In this document: positions 47,183 through 56,442 of the stretch, piece after piece | Layout of the letters: every line of letters begins with the position of its first letter | Numbering within the stretch: the first letter of the stretch is position 1 | DNA from: Acidimicrobiales bacterium | GTDB taxonomy: Bacteria; Actinomycetota; Acidimicrobiia; Acidimicrobiales; Bog-793 | Direction: 5' to 3' | NCBI GenBank assembly: GCA_049510975.1 | Contig: JBEKYM010000001.1 | Span: forward strand, 82,705 to 146,704 | DNA length: 64,000 nucleotides | Notes under the pieces: generated by a model | What the model saw: only the letters and a program-made list of their open reading frames with translations | Databases searched by the model: none | What the model was told of the DNA's origin: nothing | Position numbers and translations under genes: made by a program

Positions 47183-48721
47183 TCAGACCTCGGGGTGCGG
47201 CGCCTCCCGCCGGGTATCGAGACCACGGACGGGAATCTGCACGCGTGCGACGGCCCCGTGGTCGCTCGTCATCGTGATGGTGCCCGCCAACTGCGTCCGC
47301 ACGAGATCCCGGACGATGGCAAGGCCCAGGCTGCGCGTCTTGTCGAGGTCGAAGCCCTCGGGCAGCCCCACCCCGTTGTCGCGGACGGCGACGCCGTAGT
47401 GCTCCGAAGTGTGCTCGAAGATGAGATCGATGCGCGGCGCACATTCCTCCGAGCCTCGGACAATTCCAACCGATTCGGGCTCCGTCTCGACGAAACCGTG
47501 CTCGATGGCGTTCTGGATCAACTCGGCAAGCACCACGGCAAGTGGTGTCGCCATGTCGGCCGGGATGTCGCCGAGGTGACCGTCGACCCGGACCGCCACT
47601 GACTGCGGCCCCTCACTCGACTCCTGCGCCATCCGCACGAGGGCATGGACGATCTCGTCGAAGGGGACCTGGTCGCTGGCGTCGCGCGAGAGGATCTCGT
47701 GGACCACGGCGATGGCCCGGATGCGGCGCTCGGCCTCGGCCAGGGCCGTTCTGCCGGCAGGGGCGTCGATCCGTCGAGCTTGCAGCCGGAGCAACGAGGA
47801 GATCGTCTGCAGGTTGTTCTTCACGCGGTGATGGACTTCGCGAATGGTGGCGTCCTTGGTCAGCAGCAGCCGGTCACGCCGGCGGACGTCGGTGACGTCG
47901 CGGATGAGGACGAGCGCACCGGTCAGCTCGCCCCGCGCGAGGAGGGGAATGCATCGCAGCAAGAGCGTCGTGTCCGAGCGGCGCTCGATCTCCTCGACGA
48001 CCGGCAGCCGCGTGGCGAAGGAGTCGGTCACGACCGAGGTCTCGAGGCCGAGCGCAGCCAACGTCGTCCCGTGGATGGCGCTCACGATCCCGATGCGGTG
48101 CAGCGCACTGACGGCGTTCGGCGACGCGAAGCTGATCCGGGCCCGATCGTCGACGACGATCACTCCGTCGCCGACGCGAGGCGCCGTCTCGACGGGAAGC
48201 TCGTCATCGGCGAATGGGAAAATCCCGTCGGCCACCATGAGGGAGAGCCGCTCGAACAGGTCCAGATAGACACGTTCGAGGGCACCCCTGCGGCGGGCGA
48301 CCTGGGGCGACCACACACGGCAGATCACCGCCACGATCTGGCCGGAGTAGCGCACCGGGATGCACTCGACGCGCTGATGACCGCCTCCGATGTCACTGCG
48401 CTGCTCGCCGATGGCGATGGCGCCGGTCCGCAGCGCCTCGAGGACGAGGGGCAGCTGGTGGGCCGTGACGACCTGCCCGACGAGGTCGATCTCGAACAGC
48501 GTCGGGTTCGTCGTCGGGCGGACCTGCCCGATGGCGACGAAGTGCGTGTTGCCTTGACCGGGCTCGCCGCCGGCGAGACGGTCAGCGGGAACGTAGAGGA
48601 GCAGGTCGGAAAAGCAGAGGTCGGCGAGGAGGTTCCAGGTCGCCATCAAGCGTTCGAGGTGCCGGCGCGCCGTCGGCTCGAGTCCCGCGTTGCGGTAGGC
48701 GAACTCGAGCGGGGAGGTCAC
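47183..48721 (-). CDS. pdtaS: PdtaS-type sensor histidine kinase (GAF/PAS sensor, HisKA_2, HATPase)
   Basis: REVHHRVKNNLQTISSLLRLQ H-box typical of HWE/HisKA_2 kinases. About 512 aa with N-terminal GAF- and PAS-like regions. The architecture and whiB neighbourhood match mycobacterial PdtaS as I recall it. Confidence 0.8.
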   Translation of the reverse strand: MTSPLEFAYRNAGLEPTARRHLERLMATWNLLADLCFSDLLLYVPADRLAGGEPGQGNTHFVAIGQVRPTTNPTLFEIDLVGQVVTAHQLPLVLEALRTGAIAIGEQRSDIGGGHQRVECIPVRYSGQIVAVICRVWSPQVARRRGALERVYLDLFERLSLMVADGIFPFADDELPVETAPRVGDGVIVVDDRARISFASPNAVSALHRIGIVSAIHGTTLAALGLETSVVTDSFATRLPVVEEIERRSDTTLLLRCIPLLARGELTGALVLIRDVTDVRRRDRLLLTKDATIREVHHRVKNNLQTISSLLRLQARRIDAPAGRTALAEAERRIRAIAVVHEILSRDASDQVPFDEIVHALVRMAQESSEGPQSVAVRVDGHLGDIPADMATPLAVVLAELIQNAIEHGFVETEPESVGIVRGSEECAPRIDLIFEHTSEHYGVAVRDNGVGLPEGFDLDKTRSLGLAIVRDLVRTQLAGTITMTSDHGAVARVQIPVRGLDTRREAPHPEV

Positions 48722-49665
48722 GGCAAGCTCTTGTCGTCGGTGAGATCGATCTCACCGACGGGCGCCGGCAACGTCTCGGGTACGTGCCCGAGGGCGACGT
48801 CGTAGCCCTCACGACCTCGGAACGCCCTCAAGGTCGAGTACCCGGCAGCTACGGCCAGCGACTCGAGCAGTGGGCTGCGGTCGGCGATATGGCTCAGCCC
48901 GTGAGTGTCGGACGCCGTCGTGATCGGGACGCCGGCGGCGGCGAAGCGGTCGAGCAAGCTCCGCGAGGGGTAGGCCTCCCCGACCGGTTTGCGAAAACCG
49001 GCTGACGACAGCTCGGCAGCCATGCCGCTCGAGACAGCTGCGTTGCAGATGCGTTCTTCCACCTCGCCGACCACGCCGGCATCGGCCGTGCGACCCGTGA
49101 CTTTGACGACATCCGGGTGCGCCAACACGTCACAGGTTGCCGTTCCAGCGAGCTCCTCGATGGCCTCACCGTAGGCCCGCCACGTGTCGTTGGTGCCCCG
49201 CAGGTCCCACTCGCCCATCTGGGCGGGCGAGCTGATGATGTCGAACATCCAGGTCCCGAGCCAGTGGATGGACCCGAGGAGAACGTCGAACGGGTACCCG
49301 TCGAGGAGCGTGCTCACCTTGTCCATGAGACCGGGGTAGTAGTCGACCTCGAGGCCGGCGACGATCGGCAGCCCGGCGGCCTTGGCGGCGACGACCACGT
49401 CGACGTAGCGGTCGAGGTCGACGGTGGCGTGATGGTCGAAGTAGTGAGCCATGTAGCCGCGGAGCTCCTCGTTGGGCTCCTTCGCCCACCAGCCCTCCAC
49501 GACCTCTCGCCCCTGGGTGAATCGGTGATAATGCTCGGTGAGGGCGATCTCGGTCACGCCGGCAGCGAGCGCCCCTTCGCAGTATTGAGCGAGACGCTCG
49601 ACCGCGAGGTCGGCATCGTCTGCGACTTCGGGGTGGGGCCAGAGGTGGACGTGGTAGTCGAGCAC
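48718..49665 (-). CDS. PHP-domain phosphoesterase (histidinol-phosphatase HisJ/HisK family-like)
   Basis: MLDYHVHLWPH metal-binding start and further His/Asp motifs (EHYH, SIHW, AHPD, SDTH). Its stop overlaps the pdtaS GTG start. Confidence 0.65.
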   Translation of the reverse strand: MLDYHVHLWPHPEVADDADLAVERLAQYCEGALAAGVTEIALTEHYHRFTQGREVVEGWWAKEPNEELRGYMAHYFDHHATVDLDRYVDVVVAAKAAGLPIVAGLEVDYYPGLMDKVSTLLDGYPFDVLLGSIHWLGTWMFDIISSPAQMGEWDLRGTNDTWRAYGEAIEELAGTATCDVLAHPDVVKVTGRTADAGVVGEVEERICNAAVSSGMAAELSSAGFRKPVGEAYPSRSLLDRFAAAGVPITTASDTHGLSHIADRSPLLESLAVAAGYSTLRAFRGREGYDVALGHVPETLPAPVGEIDLTDDKSLP

Positions 49666-49694
49666 GGCGGACGGGGTCGTTTCGCTGCTCGGGC

Positions 49695-50342
49695 TCAGGC
49701 GCTGGCAAGGCGGCGGATGAGCGTGACCCCGTCGCGGACGGTCAGCAGCGCGCAGCGCACCCGCGGATCAGCCACGACCTGGTCGTTGAAGGCCTGAATG
49801 GCACGGGTGCCGGCCGACTCGGGGCTCGCCTCGAGCACTTCGCCGTCGCGGAGGGTGTTGTCCGCCGCGATCAAGCCGTGATCCGAAAGCTTCGGCAGCA
49901 CAGCTTCGTAGTAGGCGGCGTAACCGGCCTTGTCTGCGTCGATGAACACCAAGTCAAAGGGCCCCTCCAGCGACGTCACCGTCGCGAGGGCCGGGCCCTC
50001 GCGCAATTCGATCCTGTCGGCCAGCCCGCTCGCGTCGATGTTGGCACGGGCATGGGCGGCGTGCTCCGGATCGACCTCGCAGGTGATGACGCGGCCTCCG
50101 GCAGGAAGCGCAGCCGCCATCGAGATCGCCGAGTATCCCGTGAACGTCCCGATCTCCAGCACGACCTTCGCCTTCACGGCGTGCACGAGCATCTCGAGAA
50201 AAGCTCCTTCGAGCCGTCCGACCATCATGCCTGCGTCGCGATGCTCGGCCCGCGTGCGCGTCGCCACTTGCTCGAGATTGGCCGACACGGCCGAGGAATG
50301 GGCGGTGGCGTACGCCTCGATTGCTGGGTTGACGATGTCCAT
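49695..50342 (-). CDS. Class I SAM-dependent O-methyltransferase (caffeoyl-CoA OMT-like)
   Basis: VLEIGTFTGYSAI SAM motif and DLVFIDADK. 215 aa. Confidence 0.8.
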   Translation of the reverse strand: MDIVNPAIEAYATAHSSAVSANLEQVATRTRAEHRDAGMMVGRLEGAFLEMLVHAVKAKVVLEIGTFTGYSAISMAAALPAGGRVITCEVDPEHAAHARANIDASGLADRIELREGPALATVTSLEGPFDLVFIDADKAGYAAYYEAVLPKLSDHGLIAADNTLRDGEVLEASPESAGTRAIQAFNDQVVADPRVRCALLTVRDGVTLIRRLASA

Positions 50343-51742
50343 CAGATCTCCTCCGGAGGGTTGAGGGGTGCTTTGCTCGGGGGCGGTGCAGCGTCGGCCG
50401 GTTTCGTGTCGCCGGCGCCGGCCGCACCACCGCGCCGGGGGGCGGCTTTGCTTGATCGCCGCACCGGCGATCCGGCGTTGGGCGCGGCGGGTCGCCGCCT
50501 CGGCCTGGCTGCTGAGGGGGCGCCAGCCGGCGGTGCCAAGGGCTCGGCGTCGCCCCAGATCCGGGCGCCGACCCGTAACAGCCCGGAAAGGTCGGTGATG
50601 TTGCCCGCCTGGTAGCCCACGGTGGCGGCGACATCGTGAGCCGCCGCCAGCTCGCTCAACAGCTCGGCTTCCCGGTTCGCTACGAGGCGGAAGTTCGAGA
50701 AGCTCTCGGACACCTCGCTCAGGACCGAGCCCACCACGTCGGCCGACACGCCCCCGTCCAACTGAGCCGCCAGCGGGCCGGCGAGCTCTGCCGCCTCACT
50801 GCCCAGACGGTCGGCGACCTTGGCAACCGCCGGGTCCGACAGGGCGGTCGGCAACACCTTGTTGCAGACGAGCAGACCGAGATGTAGGTGGCGGCTGGCA
50901 AGGGCTTGCGCCATCTCCTGGGCTTCACGCGCCGGAACGGCCTCGAGCGTGGTCACGAGGAGAAACGTCGTGCGCACGTCGCTGAGGAGCCGGTTCACCG
51001 CTTCGGCCCGCGCCACGAAACCGTCCCGCATCGTCTGGAACAGGATGAAGAAGTCGGCCAGATCCTGCAGCAGCTGGCTGCCGAGAATTCGGTCAGCGAC
51101 CTGGTAGAACGGTCGCGAGGCGAAGTTCACGAGCCGCGAGCGGTACGGGACCGTGAGCCATCGGAGCAGTCGGGAGGAGAAGAAGTCCGACATGCGCGAG
51201 GGGGCGTCGAGGAGGTCGAGGGCGTTTCTCGACGGTGGCGTGTCCACGACGAGCAAGTCGTAGTTGCCGTCTTCGTGCAGCTCGTAGAGCCGCTCCATGG
51301 CGATGTAGTCATGGCCCTGGGCAAAACGACCCGTGATGTTCTGGTAAAGCGGGTTCGCGAGGATTTGGCGAGCGGTCTTCTCGTCCGGCGCGTGACGGTT
51401 CACGAGGGCGTCCCATGACTGCGACATGTCGACCATGGCGGCATACAGCTCGCCCTTCGGTGTCACGCCGGCCTCTCGAAACGCCGATTCCGGCACGCGG
51501 GTGGCGGTGTTGCCGAGGCCGGCGAGCCCGAGGGCATCGGCCAGGCGCCGCGCCGGGTCGACGGTCACCACGAGCACACGGCCACCCACGCGGGCGGCCG
51601 CCGTCGCCGCCAGCGCTGCCGCTGCCGTCGTCTTGCCGACGCCGCCCGGCCCGCAGGCAACCACGACCTCCTTGGCAGCGATGAGCTGCTCGACAAGCCG
51701 CTGGCGGTCCGTCGATGCCGGCGAGTCCACGGCGGGCGACAT
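50342..51742 (-). CDS. ArsA/Get3-like P-loop ATPase with a disordered Pro/Ala/Arg-rich C-terminal tail
   Basis: Deviant Walker A CGPGGVGKTT. Paired with a second ArsA-like gene through a TGATG overlap. Resembles the mycobacterial Rv3679/Rv3680 pair as I recall it. Confidence 0.75.
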   Translation of the reverse strand: MSPAVDSPASTDRQRLVEQLIAAKEVVVACGPGGVGKTTAAAALAATAAARVGGRVLVVTVDPARRLADALGLAGLGNTATRVPESAFREAGVTPKGELYAAMVDMSQSWDALVNRHAPDEKTARQILANPLYQNITGRFAQGHDYIAMERLYELHEDGNYDLLVVDTPPSRNALDLLDAPSRMSDFFSSRLLRWLTVPYRSRLVNFASRPFYQVADRILGSQLLQDLADFFILFQTMRDGFVARAEAVNRLLSDVRTTFLLVTTLEAVPAREAQEMAQALASRHLHLGLLVCNKVLPTALSDPAVAKVADRLGSEAAELAGPLAAQLDGGVSADVVGSVLSEVSESFSNFRLVANREAELLSELAAAHDVAATVGYQAGNITDLSGLLRVGARIWGDAEPLAPPAGAPSAARPRRRPAAPNAGSPVRRSSKAAPRRGGAAGAGDTKPADAAPPPSKAPLNPPEEI

Positions 51743-52740
51743 CAGAGCTCCTCGCCGAGCGACTGGGCCACCTGTCGGATGGCCCGCATTCCGTGGGCTC
51801 GTGAGAACAGATACGGCAGGTAGAGCAACGGGGTGTCAGCCCCGATTGAAGCTCGCAACCGCTCGAGGTGCGCGGATCCGTCCCGCCGGATCGTGACCGC
51901 CAGCCGGGCCGCTGCCATCACGGCTGCCAGGTCGTCGGTCGGCGCGGTCACCCGCTGCGCCAGCCAGTCGATCTCGCCGGGTTCGCCCAGACGATCGAAG
52001 ACGCCCTCCTCGGCGCGGCCGAACAGCTCAGGCAGCACACGGTTGGCGATGACACAGGCGAGGTGGACCGGCGTCTCTTCCGCCAGGCGTCCTGCCAGGT
52101 CGATCGCTTCGCTCACGGGCATCTCTTCCGGTGTCGTCACGAGCACGACGCCGGTCTGCTCGGGGTCGCGGAGGATCTCGAGCATCCAGTCCGTCTGGTT
52201 GCGCACGAGACCGACGCGGACGAGCTCGTTGATGCCCGTCGGCGCCGCAAGCTGGCCGACGACGTGGCCGGTGGCTGCCGCGTCGACGACGACGAGGTCG
52301 AAGTGGTTCTCGCGTACCTCGTAGCAGAGCTTGCCGATCGTCAGGATCTCCCGGATTCCCGGCGCCGCCGTCGCGATGAAGTCGAAGGCGCGGGCCACCG
52401 GCCCGATGCGGCCGATGACCGGAACCTTGGCAACGTGGTGCAGGTACTCCCGCAGCGATGCCTCGGTGTCCATGGACATGGCGGTGAGATTGCGGGCGAC
52501 CTGACGCCCCTGAAACGGCGTCGGCCCGCACTCGTAGGCGAAGCTGAGATCGCCCTTTGGCTCCACCTCGCAGACGAGCGTCCGCAGGCCCTGCTCGGCC
52601 GCCAGTAGCCCGAGAGCGGCCGCCACGGTCGTCTTTCCGACACCGCCTTTGCCGGTGACGAAGAGCAACCGCCGGCCAAGCAAGTCGGTCACGACCGGCT
52701 CGTTACCAGCCGTCCAGCCCGCCGCGGGCAGCTCGCCCAC
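51742..52740 (-). CDS. ArsA/Get3-like P-loop ATPase
   Basis: FVTGKGGVGKTT Walker A. The start is uncertain: GTG 52740 is chosen and GTG 52692 is the alternative. The track start at 52854 overlaps the DUF3107 gene. Confidence 0.75.
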   Translation of the reverse strand: MGELPAAGWTAGNEPVVTDLLGRRLLFVTGKGGVGKTTVAAALGLLAAEQGLRTLVCEVEPKGDLSFAYECGPTPFQGRQVARNLTAMSMDTEASLREYLHHVAKVPVIGRIGPVARAFDFIATAAPGIREILTIGKLCYEVRENHFDLVVVDAAATGHVVGQLAAPTGINELVRVGLVRNQTDWMLEILRDPEQTGVVLVTTPEEMPVSEAIDLAGRLAEETPVHLACVIANRVLPELFGRAEEGVFDRLGEPGEIDWLAQRVTAPTDDLAAVMAAARLAVTIRRDGSAHLERLRASIGADTPLLYLPYLFSRAHGMRAIRQVAQSLGEEL

Positions 52741-52753
52741 CGCACGAGGCGAC

Positions 52754-52996
52754 TCACTCCCTGGGCGCTCCAAAACCGACGCGGCGGTCTTCGCTGGCCG
52801 CTCCGACCTCGACGTAGGCGATGCGCGTGGACGGCACGGCCACCCGGCGCCCACGCTTGTCAGACAGCCAGAGCACAGCCGCCGGGTCCTCGAGCACCCG
52901 CTCGACGTCGGCCAACACTTCGGCGCGATCGGTCCCGTCGGGAAGGTCGACGTCGATCTCTCTCGGAGATTGGATGATCCCGATACGAACGTCCAC
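52754..52996 (-). CDS. DUF3107 family protein
   Basis: VDVRIGIIQSPREIDVDL...RIAYVEVG...RRVGFG matches the small conserved actinobacterial DUF3107 pattern. GTG 52996 is preceded by AAGGAG. Confidence 0.7.
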   Translation of the reverse strand: MDVRIGIIQSPREIDVDLPDGTDRAEVLADVERVLEDPAAVLWLSDKRGRRVAVPSTRIAYVEVGAASEDRRVGFGAPRE

Positions 52997-53156
52997 GCCC
53001 TGCTCCTTTGAAGTTCTTCGTCCGGTCAGCCGGTCCGACCGTCGCCGATCCGCCACCGGAAGTGGTGAATCCCAACTGCAGCGATACCTTGGCGGACCGG
53101 GTCAACCGGTCGCCGTGGGCGCCATCGTAGGGCGGAGCTGCACCGGCCGGTCCACC

Positions 53157-54311
53157 TCAGCCCGAATCGAAGCCCCTCGGCAGGCGGTCCGCCGTCCAGC
53201 CGAGCCGGGCGATCGCCTGCACGCAGGCGAAGCGGTCCGTCATGCCGGCCACGTACCCGACGGCCTCCCGCAGAGCCTCGGCGGAACGGGAAGTGGCCGC
53301 CGAGCCGCCGAGCCGGTGGTCGGCGGGCATCTCGGCCGGATGGGCGGAGTAGTGCTCGACCAGCGAGGCCAACATGTCCACCACGCGCCTCGACTGCTCG
53401 GCCGACGCAGGCCGTAGGTAGATGCGCTCGTAGTTGAACCGTCGCAACACAGCTAAGGCCTCACCCATCGGTTCACTCAGCGCCACCTGCCCACTTCGCG
53501 ACGACACCTGCACGACATCGGTCACGAAAGCTCGCAATTGAGCGCTCCGAGACCGGCCACATCGATGGACGACCTCATCGGGAAGCTCGGCCGGATCGAC
53601 GATGCCGGCGTGCGTGGCGTCTTCGAGGTCGTGGGCGGTGTAGGCGATCCGGTCGGCGAGGGCCACCACCTCCCCCTCCGGCGTCGATGGAGCCGGCCGC
53701 GACCAGGAGTGGTTGCGGATGCCGTCCAGGGTCTGCGCACACAGGTTGAGGGAAGCGGACGTGACGTCTGCTCCCCAGACGGCGTGGTCGAAACCACCCT
53801 CGAGGAAGGGCGAGAGAGCGTCCTCGCTGGCGTGGCCCCCCGGGCCGTGGCCACAGTCGTGACCGAGGGCGATCGCCTCGCAGAGCGCCACGTTCAGCCG
53901 GCTCGCCCGGGCGATCGCCGTCGCGACTTGCGCCACCTCGAGCGCATGGGTGAGCCGCGTCCGCTGGTGATCGGCCGGGAACACGAACACCTGGGTCTTG
54001 CCGGCCAGCCGCCGGAACGCCGGCGAGTGCAGAACCCGGTCCCGGTCGCGTTCGAAACAAGTCCTCAGCTCGTCCGGTTCCTCTTCGGCGGCCCGCTCGC
54101 CGGCGCCGCGGGCCCGCGTGCCACCGGGAGCCAGCCAGGCGTCCTCGGCCGCCTCGCGCTCGTCACGACCGAAGATCGAAAAGACGCCCGAGCGCGCCGC
54201 CTCGTCATGGGCACCTCGCACGTCCTGGGCCGGCAGCCGGACACCCTCCATCGTGGAGGCCCACTGGAGCGCCCGGGCGCTGAGCACGTTCTCCCGCTCA
54301 GCGATGCTCAT
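53157..54311 (-). CDS. dgt: dGTP triphosphohydrolase-like HD-domain protein
   Basis: RDRDRVLHS..FRRL..KTQV and HD motifs (RLTHALEVAQV, GHDCGHGPGGH). The start was set at ATG 54311 (MSIAERE). Confidence 0.8.
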   Translation of the reverse strand: MSIAERENVLSARALQWASTMEGVRLPAQDVRGAHDEAARSGVFSIFGRDEREAAEDAWLAPGGTRARGAGERAAEEEPDELRTCFERDRDRVLHSPAFRRLAGKTQVFVFPADHQRTRLTHALEVAQVATAIARASRLNVALCEAIALGHDCGHGPGGHASEDALSPFLEGGFDHAVWGADVTSASLNLCAQTLDGIRNHSWSRPAPSTPEGEVVALADRIAYTAHDLEDATHAGIVDPAELPDEVVHRCGRSRSAQLRAFVTDVVQVSSRSGQVALSEPMGEALAVLRRFNYERIYLRPASAEQSRRVVDMLASLVEHYSAHPAEMPADHRLGGSAATSRSAEALREAVGYVAGMTDRFACVQAIARLGWTADRLPRGFDSG

Positions 54312-54378
54312 GATTGGAGGATACGTGACGGGTGTGTCAGCGTGATGCCGACGAGGCGACGTCGCCGCTCCGCCCCCC

Positions 54379-54433
54379 GCCTCTCGACCAGCCAGCCCGC
54401 CTCTCGACCAGCCAGCCCATCTCTGGACCAGCG
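54379..54433. repeat. 20-bp direct tandem repeat, about 2.7 copies, upstream of dgt
   Basis: GCCTCTCGACCAGCCAGCCC occurs at 54379 and 54399, followed by a degenerate partial copy ATCTCTGGACCAGCG. It lies in the intergenic region between the mrp stop and the dgt start. Confidence 0.8.
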
Positions 54434-54447
54434 TCGAGGACCGGCTC

Positions 54448-55635
54448 TCAGCGGACCGACAGCTCGGATCGGTAGACCCGTGAGGGACCCAGCTCCACGA
54501 CTCGTGTCGCCAGCGCCCGGAAGACGGAGGAAACGGCGCTGTCCGGTTCGGCCACCACGACGGGCACACCGATGTCGCCCCCACTCCGGACGGCTTGTAC
54601 GAGCGGGATCTGGGCGAGCAGCCCGACGCCGAGCTCGTCGGCCAGCTGGTGTCCGCCGCCGGACCCGAACAGCTCGTAGCGCGTTCCGTCGTCGGCGACG
54701 AAGCCCGACATGTTCTCCACGACGCCGCGAACCGGGAGCCGAAGCTGGCGCGCCATCACCGCAGCACGCTGAGCCACTCGTTGCGCGGCTGCCTGTGGCG
54801 TCGTGACCACGATCAGCTCCGCTCGCGGGAGGAACTGGGCGATCGACAACGACACGTCGCCCGTACCCGGGGGCAGATCGATCAGCAGGAACTCGGGTGC
54901 TCCCCAATGGACGTCGACGAGGAACTGCTCGAGCGCCTTGTGCAACATCGGACCGCGCCAGATCACGGCTTGGTCCTCCGGCACGAAGAAACCCATCGAG
55001 ATGCACCGCACACCGAACGCCACCGGCGGCACGAGCAGCGGTCCGAGCATCGTCGGCGCCTCGGTCACCCCGAGCATGGACGGCACGGAGAAGCCGTAGA
55101 CGTCGGCATCCAGCAGGCCGACCGAGTGGCCGGACTGGGCGAGCGCAACAGCCAGGTTGACGGTCACGCTCGACTTGCCGACGCCTCCCTTGCCCGAACC
55201 GATGGCGAGCACCCGAGTCGGTGACGCCTTGTCGGCAAACGGGTTCGGCCGCGGCGTCGGCCCTGCAGCGCCATGACGGCCGTCCGGGCGCTCGCCGGCA
55301 CCCGGCAGCGGGCCGCCGGCGGGACGCCCGCCGAGCCCGAGCTCTTGAATCCGTGCCGCCAGTTCGGACTCTTCGTCCGCGGTCATCTCGACGAAGCGAA
55401 CGTCCGCCTGCTCGCCGCCGGCTTGGGTGACGGCGACGGCGATCCGGGCGGAGAGCTCTTCGAGACCGGAATGGCCGGAGCGAGGGATGGCCACGGTCAC
55501 CTGCGTGCTCCGCGGCCCCGGCTTCAGCGCCCGCAACAGGCCGAGATCACCGATCCGATGGAACAGGCGCGGGTCCTCCACACCGGCAACGGCGGCCGCC
55601 AGGCCGTCTCCCTCGGTTCGCTCGTTGCCTGCCAT
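54448..55635 (-). CDS. Mrp/ApbC-type iron-sulfur cluster carrier ATPase with an N-terminal DUF59-like domain
   Basis: GSGKGGVGKSSVTVNLA Walker A and the C-terminal CxxC-less Mrp core. The start was set at ATG 55635 (MAGNERTEGDG), about 395 aa. The 605-aa track ORF is an upstream artefact overlapping the divergent regulator. Confidence 0.85.
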   Translation of the reverse strand: MAGNERTEGDGLAAAVAGVEDPRLFHRIGDLGLLRALKPGPRSTQVTVAIPRSGHSGLEELSARIAVAVTQAGGEQADVRFVEMTADEESELAARIQELGLGGRPAGGPLPGAGERPDGRHGAAGPTPRPNPFADKASPTRVLAIGSGKGGVGKSSVTVNLAVALAQSGHSVGLLDADVYGFSVPSMLGVTEAPTMLGPLLVPPVAFGVRCISMGFFVPEDQAVIWRGPMLHKALEQFLVDVHWGAPEFLLIDLPPGTGDVSLSIAQFLPRAELIVVTTPQAAAQRVAQRAAVMARQLRLPVRGVVENMSGFVADDGTRYELFGSGGGHQLADELGVGLLAQIPLVQAVRSGGDIGVPVVVAEPDSAVSSVFRALATRVVELGPSRVYRSELSVR

Positions 55636-55692
55636 GGCGTGGTGGTGGTCCGATCCGTGGGGTCCTCGGGGCGCTTCCGAGTGGTGGTTGGG

Positions 55693-56424
55693 ATGCCCCG
55701 GTACGATATCGGCGTGGCTGGACGCGTCGGTGTAGTGGACGAAGAGGGCTTCTCGGCCGCCGTCGAGGCAATCACGTCGGCGTTCGGCGACTCGACGCGC
55801 CGGGGCATCTACCTGTTCGTGCGGGACAACGAGGGGGTCACTGCCGGCGAAGTTGCGGAGCACTTCGCCCTCCATCCGAACGTCGCCCGGCACCACCTGG
55901 ACAAGCTCGCCGCCGGCGGTCACCTGCAGGTGACGGTGGATCACGCCGGCGCCGGCGTCGGCCGCCCGTCGAAGCGGTACAAGGCGCGACTGGACGATCG
56001 CTCCACGGTTCCGTCGCATCGCGACGATCTCCTCGTGCTGCTCCTTGCCAGGCTGCTGCCCCTCGTGGACCCGGTCGAAGCCGAGCGGGTGGCCCATGAG
56101 GTCGGAGCCGAGTACGGACGGACTCTCGGTGTGCAGATGGCGCCGGGCGACGCCTCGCGATCGGTGCGCTCGGCCATGCAAGCCGTCGCAGACGCGCTGA
56201 CCGCACACGGCTTCGCAGCCCACGCTTCGAGCAAGGACGCCGGCAATACTGTCGTCCGCGGTCACTGCCCCTTCGGTGCGGCGGCGCTCGAGAACCCGGT
56301 GCTGTGCGCCGCCGATCGCGGCCTGGTGGAGGGGTTGCTGTCGGTCCTGTGCGGGGACACCGTCTCGGTGCAGCTGTCCTCACGCGCCAGAGGTGACGAC
56401 GGTTGCGTCACCGTCGCCGGCTGA
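55693..56424 (+). CDS. wHTH transcriptional regulator with a C-terminal cysteine cluster (SufR-like)
   Basis: ArsR/DeoR-like HTH (GVTAGEVAEHFALHPNVARHHLDKLAAGGHL) and a C-terminal C-X12-C-X14-C pattern plus a further Cys, close to the SufR Fe-S ligand spacing as I recall it. The start is ATG 55693 or GTG 55735. Confidence 0.6.
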   Translation: MPRYDIGVAGRVGVVDEEGFSAAVEAITSAFGDSTRRGIYLFVRDNEGVTAGEVAEHFALHPNVARHHLDKLAAGGHLQVTVDHAGAGVGRPSKRYKARLDDRSTVPSHRDDLLVLLLARLLPLVDPVEAERVAHEVGAEYGRTLGVQMAPGDASRSVRSAMQAVADALTAHGFAAHASSKDAGNTVVRGHCPFGAAALENPVLCAADRGLVEGLLSVLCGDTVSVQLSSRARGDDGCVTVAG

Positions 56425-56442
56425 GGTGAGTCGCCGGTTGAG

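Noticed and set aside
54448-56265. 605-aa ORF that looks like an N-terminally extended or fused Mrp protein.
   Set aside because: The first 210 aa or so have artefact-like composition and overlap, in antisense, a well-formed wHTH regulator gene. The internal ATG at 55635 gives a canonical Mrp of about 395 aa with a DUF59-like N-terminus.
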